DNA from: Escherichia coli
GTDB lineage: Bacteria > Pseudomonadota > Gammaproteobacteria > Enterobacterales > Enterobacteriaceae
NCBI RefSeq assembly: GCF_051903065.1
Contig: NZ_CP178438.1
DNA: 64,000 nucleotides
Direction: 5' to 3' (one strand)
Made by a program: the position numbers and the translations under genes. Below are positions 26,506 to 40,537 of the stretch, in pieces. The notes under the pieces were generated by a model, which was not told where the DNA came from, made no database searches, and was given only the letters and a program-made list of their open reading frames with translations. Each line of letters starts with the position of its first letter. Positions within the stretch are counted from its first letter, which is position 1.

Positions 26506-27242
26506 TGCGTCGTTTGTTATCTGTCGCACCTGTCCTTCTCTGGCTGGTTACGCCCCTCGCCTTCGCGCAACTGCCGGGTATCACCAGCCAGCCGCTGCCT
26601 GGCGGTGGACAAAGCTGGTCGCTCCCGGTGCAGACGCTGGTGTTCATCACCTCGTTGACGTTTATTCCGGCAATTTTACTGATGATGACCAGTTTCACCC
26701 GCATCATTATTGTTTTTGGTTTATTGCGTAACGCGCTGGGAACACCCTCCGCGCCACCTAACCAGGTATTGCTGGGGCTGGCACTGTTTTTGACCTTTTT
26801 TATTATGTCACCGGTGATCGACAAAATTTATGTAGATGCGTACCAGCCATTCAGCGAAGAGAAAATATCAATGCAGGAGGCGCTGGAAAAAGGGGCGCAG
26901 CCGCTGCGTGAGTTTATGCTGCGTCAGACCCGTGAGGCAGATTTAGGGTTGTTTGCCAGACTGGCGAATACCGGCCCGTTGCAGGGACCTGAAGCCGTGC
27001 CGATGCGCATTTTGCTCCCGGCCTACGTGACCAGCGAGTTGAAAACCGCATTTCAGATAGGCTTCACGATTTTCATCCCTTTTTTGATTATCGACCTGGT
27101 GATAGCCAGCGTGTTGATGGCATTAGGGATGATGATGGTTCCCCCCGCCACCATTGCTCTGCCCTTTAAACTGATGCTGTTTGTACTGGTGGATGGCTGG
27201 CAATTGCTGGTCGGTTCGCTGGCGCAGAGCTTTTACAGCTAG
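26505..27242 (+). CDS. fliP: Flagellar export apparatus protein FliP
   Basis: 245-aa ORF with signal peptide and polytopic membrane segments. Confidence 0.95.
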
Positions 27243-27251
27243 AGAGGCAAA

Positions 27252-27521
27252 ATGACACCTGAATCGGTCATGATGATGGGGACTGAAGCGATGAAAGTCG
27301 CGCTGGCACTGGCTGCCCCGCTATTGTTGGTAGCGTTGGTCACGGGCCTTATCATCAGTATTTTGCAGGCCGCCACCCAGATTAACGAAATGACGCTGTC
27401 GTTTATTCCGAAAATCATCGCCGTATTTATTGCCATTATTATTGCCGGACCGTGGATGCTCAATCTGTTGCTGGATTACGTCCGCACCTTGTTCACTAAC
27501 CTGCCGTATATCATCGGGTAG
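27252..27521 (+). CDS. fliQ: Flagellar export apparatus protein FliQ
   Basis: 89-aa membrane ORF. Confidence 0.9.
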   Translation: MTPESVMMMGTEAMKVALALAAPLLLVALVTGLIISILQAATQINEMTLSFIPKIIAVFIAIIIAGPWMLNLLLDYVRTLFTNLPYIIG

Positions 27522-27528
27522 CCGTACT

Positions 27529-28314
27529 ATGTTGCAGGTGACAAGCGATCAATGGCTTTCCTGGCTAAGTCTGTACTTCTGGCCGTTACTGCGCGTGCTG
27601 GCGCTCATTTCTACCGCGCCAATTCTGAGCGAACGCAGCGTGCCGAAGCGGGTAAAACTGGGGCTGGCAATGATGATCACGTTCGCCATTGCCCCATCAT
27701 TACCTGCCAACGATGTTCCTGTTTTTTCGTTCTTTGCTCTGTGGCTGGCCGTGCAGCAGATCCTGATCGGCATTGCGCTTGGTTTCACCATGCAATTTGC
27801 CTTTGCCGCTGTGCGAACCGCTGGCGAAATTATCGGTCTGCAAATGGGGCTGTCATTTGCGACATTTGTCGATCCGGCCAGCCATCTTAATATGCCCGTT
27901 TTAGCGCGTATCATGGATATGCTGGCGTTACTGCTGTTCCTGACATTTAACGGTCATTTATGGTTGATTTCACTGCTGGTCGATACCTTTCACACCCTGC
28001 CGATTGGTGGCGAACCGTTGAACAGCAATGCGTTTCTGGCACTCACCAAAGCAGGGAGTTTGATTTTCCTTAACGGGCTGATGCTGGCGTTACCGCTCAT
28101 TACTCTGCTGCTGACCCTGAATCTGGCATTAGGTTTACTGAATCGTATGGCCCCGCAATTATCCATTTTTGTTATTGGATTTCCATTAACTCTGACTGTC
28201 GGTATCTCTTTAATGGCGGCATTAATGCCGTTAATTGCGCCTTTTTGCGAACATTTATTCAGTGAGATGTTTAATTTGCTGGCTGATATTATTAGTGAAT
28301 TGCCATTAATATAA
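27529..28314 (+). CDS. fliR: Flagellar export apparatus protein FliR
   Basis: ORF trimmed to [13 protein letters not shown] (261 aa). Confidence 0.9.
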   Translation: MLQVTSDQWLSWLSLYFWPLLRVLALISTAPILSERSVPKRVKLGLAMMITFAIAPSLPANDVPVFSFFALWLAVQQILIGIALGFTMQFAFAAVRTAGEIIGLQMGLSFATFVDPASHLNMPVLARIMDMLALLLFLTFNGHLWLISLLVDTFHTLPIGGEPLNSNAFLALTKAGSLIFLNGLMLALPLITLLLTLNLALGLLNRMAPQLSIFVIGFPLTLTVGISLMAALMPLIAPFCEHLFSEMFNLLADIISELPLI

Positions 28315-28339
28315 TTCCGTAACGTTTATCATGTTATCC

Positions 28340-28353
28340 TAAGGATTATCCGA
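28340..28353 (+). promoter_or_regulatory. Candidate RcsAB box (TAAGGATTATCCGA) upstream of rcsA
   Basis: Resembles the TaAGaatatTCctA consensus; lies about 250 nt upstream of the rcsA start. Confidence 0.3.
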
Positions 28354-28603
28354 AAAATAATACCTACGAACATCTTCCAGGATACTCCTGCGGCGAAATA
28401 TTTGTTTTAAGCTCACTCACATATCGCAACATTTACTTTACTTTAAGACAATTCCAGGCAAATTATACAACACTTTACGGGATAGTAAGTCCGCCTGAAA
28501 AATCGCGAGAGTGGCGCATTAGGTGACCCATGTTGTTCCGTTTAGTCATGATGAAATATTCAGGTAAGGGGAATTATCGTTACGCATTGAGTGAGGGTAT
28601 GCC

Positions 28604-29227
28604 ATGTCAACGATTATTATGGATTTATGTAGTTACACCCGACTAGGTTTAACCGGGTATCTGTTGAGTAGAGGGGTTAAAAAAAGAGAAATCAACGACA
28701 TTGAAACCGTTGATGACCTTGCCATAGCTTGTGATTCACAGCGCCCTTCAGTGGTGTTTATTAATGAGGACTGTTTCATCCATGATGCTTCTAACAGTCA
28801 GCGCATCAAGCACATCATTAATCAACATCCCAATACGTTATTTATCGTTTTTATGGCAATTGCCAATGTTCATTTTGATGAATATCTATTGGTCAGAAAA
28901 AATTTATTGATCAGTTCTAAATCGATTAAACCGGAATCTCTCGACGATATCCTTGGCGATATTCTGAAAAAAGAGACAACGATAACCTCTTTTTTAAATA
29001 TGCCGACGTTATCATTGAGCCGAACCGAATCGAGTATGTTGCGAATGTGGATGGCAGGTCAGGGAACCATTCAAATCTCTGACCAAATGAATATCAAAGC
29101 CAAGACCGTTTCATCGCATAAAGGTAATATTAAACGTAAGATCAAAACGCATAATAAACAGGTTATCTACCATGTCGTCCGACTGACGGATAATGTGACT
29201 AATGGTATTTTTGTCAACATGCGCTAA
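28604..29227 (+). CDS. rcsA: Capsule (colanic acid) synthesis co-activator RcsA, LuxR-type HTH
   Basis: 207-aa AT-rich ORF with C-terminal LuxR-type HTH. Confidence 0.9.
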   Translation: MSTIIMDLCSYTRLGLTGYLLSRGVKKREINDIETVDDLAIACDSQRPSVVFINEDCFIHDASNSQRIKHIINQHPNTLFIVFMAIANVHFDEYLLVRKNLLISSKSIKPESLDDILGDILKKETTITSFLNMPTLSLSRTESSMLRMWMAGQGTIQISDQMNIKAKTVSSHKGNIKRKIKTHNKQVIYHVVRLTDNVTNGIFVNMR

Positions 29228-29270
29228 CACATTCTGACTGGTGGTTTCCCACCAGTCAGGCTGAATAAGA

Positions 29271-29549
<279 letters not shown>

Positions 29550-29621
29550 CTATACTTAAGAGATGCCAGGCGGACTTAACGACTGGCGGCAACAACAGAG
29601 TAACGGTTGCGAGGAAAGATG

Positions 29622-29849
29622 ATGAAAACCGCAAAAGAGTACAGCGATACCACAAAACGTGAGGTCAGCGTCGATGTCGATGCCCTGCTGGCGGCGATCA
29701 ATGAAATTAGCGAAAGCGAAGTTCACCGCAGCCAGAACGATTCTGAACACGTTAGCGTCGATGGACGTGAATATCATACATGGCGTGAATTGGCGGATGC
29801 CTTCGAACTGGATATTCATGACTTCAGCGTCTCTGAAGTGAATCGTTGA
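29622..29849 (+). CDS. yodD: Stress-induced small protein YodD
   Basis: ORF trimmed to MKTAKEYSDTTK (75 aa). Confidence 0.7.
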   Translation: MKTAKEYSDTTKREVSVDVDALLAAINEISESEVHRSQNDSEHVSVDGREYHTWRELADAFELDIHDFSVSEVNR

Positions 29850-29862
29850 ATGCACAATAAAA

Positions 29863-29949
29863 AAATCCCGACCCTGAGGGGGTCGGGATGAAACTTGCTT
29901 AAGCAAGAAGCACTTAAAAAATTCGTTACACCAGGAAATCTGATGTGTT
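29863..29949 (-). ncRNA. dsrA: DsrA small regulatory RNA (Hfq-dependent; activates rpoS translation, represses hns)
   Basis: Minus-strand sequence AACACATCAGATTTCCTGGTGTAACGAATTTTTTAAGTGCTTCTTGCTTAAGCAAGTTTCATCCCGACCCCCTCAGGGTCGGGATTT matches recalled DsrA, including the terminator stem-loop. Confidence 0.85.
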
Positions 29950-30128
29950 CATCACCTTATCCGCAATTTTTTTCGCTGACAAGAAAATATTCGCCATATG
30001 AATGATTAACGCTACTTATGAATAGAAATGTGACGCACGTCACCCCTTGGTGGCTCTGGCGTCAGCGGGATCGCTCCCGAAAAAATCATCTTTGATTATT
30101 TGTGCTGTTTTGAGAATCATCCTGGTAA

Positions 30129-32653
<2,525 letters not shown>

Positions 32654-32739
32654 CCTGACGACTCCCAACCTGCTTTTTTATGATTCTGGCATAACCTGGC
32701 GATAGCGTACCGCAAAACAGCGATAATTTTATAATGGTG

Positions 32740-32878
32740 GCATGATAAGACGCGACAGACATCGATAGTTTTGTTTTATAACGTAGGCATGATAAGACGC
32801 GATAGCGTCGCATCAGGCAATTCAGTGCAGACACTGGCACACCCGACCGGATGCGACGTGAGCGCCACATCCGGCCTG
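32740..32878. repeat. REP/BIME-like palindromic repeats in the dgcQ-yodC intergenic region
   Basis: Direct repeats of GGCATGATAAGACGCGA and REP-like CGCATCAGGC / GATGCGACG...CATCCGGCC motifs. Confidence 0.45.
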
Positions 32879-32895
32879 GTGTTAATGATTCCCTT

Positions 32896-33078
32896 TCAAA
32901 CTTCTTCCACAGGACGACTCCCCTCCCCCGGAACAAGCTCGGTTTCATGAAAAGCTTCCCGCTTGACCCCGTAACCGTCATACCAACGACACTCAACCAT
33001 ACCGCTGGAGTATCCAGTGACAATCATCCGCGGGCCGCCCTCTTTAACCGTAACTTCCTCACTAACCATAAAGCTCAT
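32896..33078 (-). CDS. yodC: Small protein YodC (DUF2158)
   Basis: 60-aa ORF MSFMVSEEVTVKEGGPRMIVTGYSSGMVECRWYDGYGVKREAFHETELVPGE.... Confidence 0.65.
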   Translation of the reverse strand: MSFMVSEEVTVKEGGPRMIVTGYSSGMVECRWYDGYGVKREAFHETELVPGEGSRPVEEV

Positions 33079-33156
33079 ACTCGCCTCCTTTTTTCGAGTG
33101 AAACTTGTTCACCTTAGTTGAAGATGGCGAATTTTGCATAATAGCCTGTGCGAGTA

Positions 33157-34074
33157 TTAATGTGCCTGACCGCGCATTTTCGCTACGGCTTTCACTCCCA
33201 GCACCACGATGCCGCCGATGATAAATCCAAGAATCAGATTTAAAACAGTCGGTAATATCATCGCCACCACTGCACTTTGCTGCCCGGCGAAATGTTCAAT
33301 CGCGTGATGCAGCGGCGCAATACCATGTACAACAATCCCGCCGCCGACGAGGAACATCGCCAGCGTGCCGACAATCGATAACGCTTTCATCAGCCAGGGC
33401 GCGATAATCAATAACCCTTTACCTAATGCCTGCATCAGCGCGCTGGATTTTTCCGCCAGCCAATACCCCAGGTCATCAATCTTAACGATAACCCCTACCA
33501 GACCGTAGACGCCCACGGTCACTACCAGCGCGATGCCTGAAAGCACCAGCACCTGATTAAGCAACGGCGCTTCGGCCACAATCCCCAGCGTGATGGCGAC
33601 GATTTCCGCAGACAATATAAAATCGGTACGAATCGCCCCTTTTATTTTGTCCTTTTCAAACTTCAGCGGATCCTGTGCCGCCAGCTTCTCCAGACGCTGC
33701 TGGCTCTGCGCCGGATCTTCCTTATGTTTACGCGCCTCCAGCATATGCAGCACTTTCTCTACCCCTTCAAAGCAGAGAAACGCGCCACCGATCATCAACA
33801 GAGGCGTAATCGCCCACGGGATAAACGCACTGATAATCAGCGCCAGTGGCACCAGAATCACTTTATTGATCAGCGATCCTTTCGCCACGCCCCAGACCAC
33901 GGGAAGTTCCCGGTTGGCCCTCACGCCTGAAACTTGTTGCGCATTGAGCGATAAGTCATCCCCTAATACACCGGCGGTTTTCTTCGCCGCCAGTTTGCCC
34001 ATCACGGAGATATCGTCCAGCAGTGTGGCGATATCATCGAGCAACGTCAGTAAACTACTCCCGGCCAAAAGCAT
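33157..34074 (-). CDS. yedI: Inner membrane protein YedI (DUF808)
   Basis: 305-aa polytopic membrane ORF. Confidence 0.8.
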   Translation of the reverse strand: MLLAGSSLLTLLDDIATLLDDISVMGKLAAKKTAGVLGDDLSLNAQQVSGVRANRELPVVWGVAKGSLINKVILVPLALIISAFIPWAITPLLMIGGAFLCFEGVEKVLHMLEARKHKEDPAQSQQRLEKLAAQDPLKFEKDKIKGAIRTDFILSAEIVAITLGIVAEAPLLNQVLVLSGIALVVTVGVYGLVGVIVKIDDLGYWLAEKSSALMQALGKGLLIIAPWLMKALSIVGTLAMFLVGGGIVVHGIAPLHHAIEHFAGQQSAVVAMILPTVLNLILGFIIGGIVVLGVKAVAKMRGQAH

Positions 34075-34246
34075 TCCCTCTCATTTTTATTGTTGAAGGG
34101 TGTAAGTATGAAGCAAAAACGGCAGCTCTGACACTTGCTTCACAGGTCAACATTTTTTTAACAATCAAGTGCAATTATATCTCTCGCCAGCAGAATGATT
34201 TTCACGTTTACTATGAACCACCTTTTTATTTCCACCGTGAGGGATT

Positions 34247-35167
34247 ATGCGTTTCCGCCAGTTATTACCGCTTTTTGGCGCGCTGTTTGCGTTGTATATC
34301 ATTTGGGGCTCAACCTATTTTGTCATTCGGATTGGCGTGGAAAGCTGGCCTCCGTTAATGATGGCGGGCGTTCGATTCCTGGCAGCCGGTATTTTATTGC
34401 TGGCATTTTTGCTACTGCGCGGACACAAACTCCCCCCGCTACGTCCGCTGCTCAATGCCGCGCTGATTGGCCTGTTATTGCTGGCTGTCGGTAATGGCAT
34501 GGTGACGGTTGCCGAACATCAAAATGTTCCTTCCGGCATCGCCGCCGTAGTGGTTGCAACCGTGCCCCTTTTTACCCTGTGCTTCAGCCGCCTGTTTGGC
34601 ATTAAAACGCGCAAACTGGAATGGGTGGGTATTGCCATTGGGCTTGCCGGAATCATCATGCTCAATAGCGGTGGAAATTTAAGCGGCAATCCGTGGGGCG
34701 CGATTCTGATTTTAATCGGCTCGATTAGCTGGGCGTTTGGCTCAGTTTATGGCTCGCGCATTACCTTACCTGTAGGGATGATGGCGGGTGCGATTGAGAT
34801 GCTGGCGGCAGGCGTGGTGTTAATGATCGCGTCGATGATTGCGGGTGAAAAACTGACGGCGCTCCCTTCCCTTTCAGGCTTCCTTGCGGTCGGCTATCTG
34901 GCGCTGTTTGGTTCGATTATCGCCATCAACGCTTATATGTATTTAATCCGTAATGTCAGTCCGGCTCTCGCCACCAGCTACGCTTACGTTAACCCGGTGG
35001 TCGCGGTCTTGCTGGGTACGGGACTGGGCGGAGAGACGTTGTCGAAGATTGAATGGCTGGCGCTCGGCGTAATTGTCTTCGCGGTGGTACTGGTCACGTT
35101 GGGAAAATATCTCTTTCCGGCAAAACCCGTAGTTGCGCCAGTTATTCAGGACGCATCAAGCGAGTAA
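34247..35167 (+). CDS. yedA: EamA/DMT-family exporter
   Basis: 306-aa ORF with 10 predicted transmembrane segments in two EamA repeats. Confidence 0.8.
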   Translation: MRFRQLLPLFGALFALYIIWGSTYFVIRIGVESWPPLMMAGVRFLAAGILLLAFLLLRGHKLPPLRPLLNAALIGLLLLAVGNGMVTVAEHQNVPSGIAAVVVATVPLFTLCFSRLFGIKTRKLEWVGIAIGLAGIIMLNSGGNLSGNPWGAILILIGSISWAFGSVYGSRITLPVGMMAGAIEMLAAGVVLMIASMIAGEKLTALPSLSGFLAVGYLALFGSIIAINAYMYLIRNVSPALATSYAYVNPVVAVLLGTGLGGETLSKIEWLALGVIVFAVVLVTLGKYLFPAKPVVAPVIQDASSE

Positions 35168-35626
35168 ATGTATCCCCTGCGTGTCGATCTGCGCGCTGGC
35201 ACCTTCGCCGCAGATCCACTCTTCCAGACGCTCGGTAAGCGCTTCATCCGTCAGCTTCTCGCGCCCACGTAACGCGCACTCCCAGACAATCAATACGCGC
35301 CAGCCGAGTTCCTGCAAGCGACTGATATCGCGGCGATCGCGCTCAACATTTTTACCTATCTTCTCCAGCCAGAACTCGGTTCGAGTCGCAGGCACTTTAA
35401 ACAGATAGCAGTGATGATGGTGCCAGAAGCAGCCGTGGGTAAATATCACGCAACAATATTCATCAACGACAAAATCCGGGCGTCCGGGCAGACTGGCGTC
35501 CTGAACGCGAAACGCCAGGCCCTGCCCGGTTAACAGACTGGCGAGGCGCTTCTCTATCGCCGTATTACGCGTGGCAATCGCGCGCATATTTTTGCTGCGA
35601 GTGGCCTTATCGTGAACGTCGGCCAT
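35156..35626 (-). CDS. vsr: Very-short-patch repair endonuclease
   Basis: 156-aa product starting [28 protein letters not shown]; its 5' end overlaps the dcm 3' end by 20 nt in another frame. Confidence 0.85.
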   Translation of the reverse strand: MADVHDKATRSKNMRAIATRNTAIEKRLASLLTGQGLAFRVQDASLPGRPDFVVDEYCCVIFTHGCFWHHHHCYLFKVPATRTEFWLEKIGKNVERDRRDISRLQELGWRVLIVWECALRGREKLTDEALTERLEEWICGEGASAQIDTQGIHLLA

Positions 35627-37025
35627 GTTGTGCCTCTTGCTGACGCAACGCCACCGCCTGTTTGATTTTTGGCTCAAGCAGTTTTGCCACCGCGGCAAAG
35701 ACCGGCACGACCACCGAGTTACCGAGCTGGCGATAGGCCTGAGTGTCCGAAACCGGAATGCGGAATTTCGCTTCTCCCGGCGCTTCAAAACCCATTAAGC
35801 GCGCACATTCCCGAGGCGTTAACCGACGTGGACGATGTTGCTGATTCAGCGGATCGTCAAAGTCTTTCTCACCCGTGGCCATATCCCAGCCGCGATCGAT
35901 TAAAATTTCCGCGCCATCTTTGTAATAACGCGCAGACAGCGTACGCGTGACGCTTTGCGGATTGTTCGGATAAACCATTCCATAACCGAAGCCGTTACCG
36001 CGCGCCTGATGTTTTTTCGCATAACGATAGAGGTACTTCCACAGCACCGGCGTCAGGATATATTTCGCCTCGACCATCGGGTCCAGCAGCTGCGCCAGCG
36101 TCACTCGCTGTGCAGGGAAACATTCGCTGATATCACGCAGAGTAAAATCGGCTTTCAGATTAAGATCGCGACGAAAACCCACCAGCACGATGCGTTCACG
36201 GTGCTGCGGCAGGAAATGTTTACCATCGATGATTTTCGGATCGTCCGGCCCGTTATCTTCTGCATCAGCCACGTCATAGCCCAGTTCGTCCAGCGTCTGC
36301 ATGATGATGCGGAACGTTTTTCCTTTATCGTGACTTTTCAGGTTTTTGACGTTTTCGAGCACAAACATCGCCGGACGACGCGCGTCGATAATACGCACCA
36401 CATCAAAGAACAGCGTGCCCTGGGTATCGCAGGCAAAACCGTGCGCCCGCCCGAGCGAGTTCTTTTTCGATACGCCAGCCAGCGAAAATGGCTGACAAGG
36501 GAAACCGGCCAGTAAAACATCGTGTTCAGGAATGTGTTGACGAATATGTTCCGCCGCCGCCTCATCACTCACGCCTTCTTTATGGCTGAGGGTGATGTCG
36601 CGGATATCTTCATTAAAATGATGCGTCGCCGGGTCGCAATAATGATTGGCTTTATAAGTGCGTACCGCATGTTTGTTCCATTCGCTGGTAAACACGCACT
36701 GTCCGCCAATCGATTCAAAACCGCGACGGATGCCGCCAATTCCGGCAAATAGATCGATAAAGCGAAACGCATAATGCGGATGATGTGCCGGTGGTTTGGG
36801 TAACAACGTTTGCAGATGGGCGAACTCTTTCTCACTTAAACGGTGCCATGCCGAGTCATTCGCCAGCGCACGTTTTAAAATTGCCGCGCTCCAGTGATTC
36901 TCACCCACACCATTAAGCTGCGCCACCAGCGTTTTAACATCATAAATTTGCAGCAGTTTCTCCAGCATTGCCTGTGCGGCATTCCCGGTGCTGTATGAAT
37001 CGGTTACTGATATATTTTCCTGCAT
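35607..37025 (-). CDS. dcm: DNA cytosine-5 methyltransferase (CCWGG)
   Basis: 472-aa ORF with C5-MTase motifs (FAGIGG motif I; PCQPFS catalytic motif IV; ENVKN). Confidence 0.9.
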   Translation of the reverse strand: MQENISVTDSYSTGNAAQAMLEKLLQIYDVKTLVAQLNGVGENHWSAAILKRALANDSAWHRLSEKEFAHLQTLLPKPPAHHPHYAFRFIDLFAGIGGIRRGFESIGGQCVFTSEWNKHAVRTYKANHYCDPATHHFNEDIRDITLSHKEGVSDEAAAEHIRQHIPEHDVLLAGFPCQPFSLAGVSKKNSLGRAHGFACDTQGTLFFDVVRIIDARRPAMFVLENVKNLKSHDKGKTFRIIMQTLDELGYDVADAEDNGPDDPKIIDGKHFLPQHRERIVLVGFRRDLNLKADFTLRDISECFPAQRVTLAQLLDPMVEAKYILTPVLWKYLYRYAKKHQARGNGFGYGMVYPNNPQSVTRTLSARYYKDGAEILIDRGWDMATGEKDFDDPLNQQHRPRRLTPRECARLMGFEAPGEAKFRIPVSDTQAYRQLGNSVVVPVFAAVAKLLEPKIKQAVALRQQEAQHGRRSR

Positions 37026-37091
37026 AGATTTAACCGGCCATCTGAGATGGTCGACAGGTTAACATAATTACAGCCATTTAGGGCCACGCGC

Positions 37092-37787
37092 TCAGCCCGC
37101 GGGTGAAAACGCATCTATCACCTTGTGATCGACACCTTCATTCTCCCCCGCCAGTTCGGCACTGAGCTTCGCCATAAACTCGACTAAAAATTGCGCGTTG
37201 TGCTGCGCCAGCTGCTTGCCTCTTGCGGTTTGCATGGTTTGCGGTAGCTTCAGCAACTTAGTCTGGAAATGATCCAGCGCGTAGCGTTTATCATCAAGCG
37301 GGCGATGCTGTGCGAACGGATCTTCACCATCAAACAGCGCCATGCCCAATGCCCCTGAAACGGCAAACACGCGCGCCAGGCCAATCGCCCCCAGGGCTTC
37401 CAGCCGATCCGCATCCTGGACGATTTTAGCTTCCGTTGTTAAGGGGGCGATTTGCGCGCTGAAACTGTGAGCGGCAATGGCATGACAAACGGCCTCGATT
37501 TTCTCCGCCGGAAATTGCTCGAACTCTTCACGGAGCAGGCGACGCGTCTCTTCTGCCGCCAGGATTGAAGAACGCTGCCGTTGCGGATGATTTTTCGCCA
37601 GACTCACAATATCGTGGAAATAACAGGCGGTTAAAATCACCAGCATATCGACGTCATCATCTGCCGCCAGCTTCTGTGCCGTAGCCCAGACGCGGCGAAA
37701 ATGACACACGTCATGGGCCGCGTCCTGGTGCTGATGATGGTTTTTCAACCAGTTTTCGAACTGTGCCTGCCAGTGTTGTAAGTCCAT
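37092..37787 (-). CDS. yedJ: HD-domain phosphohydrolase
   Basis: 231-aa ORF with HD motif (H...HD). Confidence 0.8.
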   Translation of the reverse strand: MDLQHWQAQFENWLKNHHQHQDAAHDVCHFRRVWATAQKLAADDDVDMLVILTACYFHDIVSLAKNHPQRQRSSILAAEETRRLLREEFEQFPAEKIEAVCHAIAAHSFSAQIAPLTTEAKIVQDADRLEALGAIGLARVFAVSGALGMALFDGEDPFAQHRPLDDKRYALDHFQTKLLKLPQTMQTARGKQLAQHNAQFLVEFMAKLSAELAGENEGVDHKVIDAFSPAG

Positions 37788-37826
37788 ACGCGCTCCGTTG
37801 CCAAAGAGTCGCCACCTTAGCAGTTT

Positions 37827-38210
37827 TTATTCATAGCGTCTGCTACGTGCGGGACGAGGTCGGGTGTACCAGGCAATGCTGCCTAACAATGCCCCGACCA
37901 GAGCCATAAATAAAAATCCGACCAGTGCCCCTAACCACTTTCCCGCGGTAGAGCCTAAATCGCTTTCAAATCCCGACACGGGGGCATCGGGGATCCGGCT
38001 CATCACCCAGATGTAACGCGCCATTGCCCAGACGAAATAGCCACACCATGTATAGAAAGCCCACAAAGCCAGTTTGCCGCCAGGGCTGCGAGAGAGTCTC
38101 TCTTCCATCTTTGTCGAACCGTATTCCATTTTGAGATAACCCGGAAAATTCAGACTTAGTACTATTATGTGATAAAAGTCACATTTTTCCACATTGAATG
38201 AGCCAGTCAA
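37827..38210 (-). CDS. yedR: Inner membrane protein YedR
   Basis: ORF with two transmembrane segments; the reference length is about 121 aa, so the start is uncertain. Confidence 0.65.
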   Translation of the reverse strand: MTGSFNVEKCDFYHIIVLSLNFPGYLKMEYGSTKMEERLSRSPGGKLALWAFYTWCGYFVWAMARYIWVMSRIPDAPVSGFESDLGSTAGKWLGALVGFLFMALVGALLGSIAWYTRPRPARSRRYE

Positions 38211-38349
38211 GACTCAATCATTTTTTGAACAAATAGATAAATTTTGCGCAACGGCAGTGAATACAGGAAAAATCGTTTTGAGCGATTTTATTTATCTTTG
38301 ATATCGGCTTTATTAATTCATTTAATCAATATATTAGCACTGAATACAA

Positions 38350-38447
38350 TTATACCTTTTTATTTTTCTGTGTCATGATGCCTCCGTTATTAGCCTTTTA
38401 TCGTCTTGTTTATATTTTTTGGGCCGGCATGATGCCGGCTTTTTTTA
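38350..38447 (+). ncRNA. rseX: Candidate small RNA (RseX-like) ending at a strong intrinsic terminator
   Basis: Hairpin GCCGGC-ATGAT-GCCGGC followed by TTTTTTTAT at 38423..38448 in the yedR-yedS intergenic region; the 5' end is not determined. RseX is recalled to map to this intergenic region in K-12. Confidence 0.3.
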
Positions 38448-38757
38448 TGCCTTCATTAATGTGCGCGTGATCACACCAGCCGTTTAGCGCAACAATCATT
38501 GATACCCCCTATCTTTCCGCTCAACTCATAACATATTGATATGCATTTATAATCTTCATGAATGCTTATATTTAGAATTCATAATTCTGAATTATATTAA
38601 ATAGATTGGAAACATTTTGAAATCTTTTAAATATATTTGTTACATGTAATCCTTAAAATAAAATGAACTTCATAGAATAGTATCCAAATGTGCTTTTTTT
38701 TGGATAACGGCACTTATTGATATATTCATGAAGATTATAATCACAAGGGAATACATA

Positions 38758-39945
38758 ATGAAAAGAAAAGTTCTGGCAATGCTGGTCCCGGCGTTATTAG
38801 TTGCTGGCGCAGCAAATGCGGCTGAAATTTATAATAAAGATGGCAATAAACTGGATTTGTACGGAAAAGTAGCGGGCCTGCACTACTTCTCTGATGATGC
38901 TGGCAGCGATGGCGACATGTCATATGCCCGTATCGGTTTCAAAGGTGAAACTCAGATCGCTGACCAATTCACTGGTTATGGTCAGTGGGAATTTAACATT
39001 GGCGCAAACGGTCCTGAAAGCGACAAGGGTAATACCGCAACGCGTCTGGCATTTGCAGGTTTCGGCTTTGGTCAGAATGGTACTTTCGACTATGGTCGTA
39101 ACTACGGTGTCGTATATGACGTAGAAGCATGGACCGATATGCTGCCAGAATTTGGTGGCGATACCTATGCTGGCGCTGACAACTTCATGAACGGTCGTGC
39201 TAATGGTGTTGCAACCTACCGTAACAATGGCTTCTTTGGTCAGGTCGATGGCCTGAACTTTGCTCTGCAATATCAGGGTAATAATGAAGATGATGGATTA
39301 TTCGGTCAGGAAGGTTCTGGTAACGGTAATGGCCGTAAGTTAGCTAAAGAGAACGGCGACGGCTTCGGTATGTCCACTTCCTATGACTTCGACTTCGGTT
39401 TAAGTCTGGGTGCTGCATATTCTAACTCTGACCGTACCGACAATCAGGTTCACAAAGGTACTCATAACACTCGTTATGGAGATCGCTTCGATGCAACTGC
39501 TGGCGGTGAAACAGCAGAAGCATGGACCGTTGGTGCTAAATACGACGCTAATAACGTTTACTTAGCAGCTATGTATGCTGAAACCCGTAACATGACTGGT
39601 TACGGTGATGCTGATGCCATCGCTAACAAAACCCAAAACTTTGAAGTTGTTGCTCAGTATCAGTTCGACTTTGGTCTGCGCCCGTCCATCGCTTACCTGC
39701 AATCTAAAGGTAAGGATTTAGGCGGTGTAAATAGTGATAACTTCGACAGCCAGGGTAATCATCACTACACCAACAAAGATCTGGTTAAATATGTTGATAT
39801 TGGTATGACCTACTACTTCAACAAAAACATGTCCACCTATGTTGATTACAAAATCAACCTGCTGGACAACGACGACGACTTCTACAAAGAAAACGGCATC
39901 GCTACCGATGATATCGTTGCTGTGGGCTTAGTCTACCAGTTCTAA
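38758..39945 (+). CDS. yedS: General-diffusion outer-membrane porin (OmpC/OmpF/PhoE family), intact
   Basis: Signal peptide [21 protein letters not shown] followed by [16 protein letters not shown] and C-terminal ...VGLVYQF; RBS AAGGGA upstream of the ATG at 38758. Confidence 0.8.
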   Translation: MKRKVLAMLVPALLVAGAANAAEIYNKDGNKLDLYGKVAGLHYFSDDAGSDGDMSYARIGFKGETQIADQFTGYGQWEFNIGANGPESDKGNTATRLAFAGFGFGQNGTFDYGRNYGVVYDVEAWTDMLPEFGGDTYAGADNFMNGRANGVATYRNNGFFGQVDGLNFALQYQGNNEDDGLFGQEGSGNGNGRKLAKENGDGFGMSTSYDFDFGLSLGAAYSNSDRTDNQVHKGTHNTRYGDRFDATAGGETAEAWTVGAKYDANNVYLAAMYAETRNMTGYGDADAIANKTQNFEVVAQYQFDFGLRPSIAYLQSKGKDLGGVNSDNFDSQGNHHYTNKDLVKYVDIGMTYYFNKNMSTYVDYKINLLDNDDDFYKENGIATDDIVAVGLVYQF

Positions 39946-39987
39946 TCAGCCAACTCGCTGCGGCGTGTTACTGTAAAACTGAACACT

Positions 39988-40026
39988 AGCCTGAGTTCGT
40001 CCCTCATCGAACTCAGGCTTTTTTAT
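39988..40026 (+). terminator. Rho-independent terminator of the porin gene
   Basis: 12-bp perfect stem AGCCTGAGTTCG / CGAACTCAGGCT followed by TTTTTTA. Confidence 0.65.
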
Positions 40027-40537
40027 TGACATTTCATCTCCCTCTGCGGCACACGCAATTGCCAAAGCATATCGATACACCACCTTACCCTGCCCCTCCT
40101 GGCACAATATCTTCTACCAGCTACTCTTCCAGCCAACACCCCAAATACATTTCTTTATGAATTAATCCGCAACAAACACACTTCCCATATAGAAATATTT
40201 GCAAAAATAGTGCATGAAAAAAGCTTTTTCTCTGCCAATCCTGGATATAAATATTCATCAGCACCACAATATTCCACAGCACTAAATCTCTCCCCGCCAC
40301 CCCGTACCTCTGATAATGGTCTAAAATCATTGAGGCCACTTGCGACGACGTTGCTCAATAAGGAAAATTTGGCGTGAATAATATTCAACACCAGTGCAGC
40401 ATCATCATTACATACTTACACCCGCCGACTACCGCTTTCGATATATTGACTCAATTTTCCAGCCTGGTTAAAAATAGCGACCAGCTCAGTCGCAAATATA
40501 GTGACTACCCTAACTAAGCAACAATAAGGAATACACT

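Noticed and set aside
40121-40391. Two overlapping minus-strand ORFs (72 and 78 aa) in the hchA upstream region
   Set aside because: They lie in an AT-rich promoter region with no RBS or protein features, and the region also contains the terminator of the upstream porin gene.
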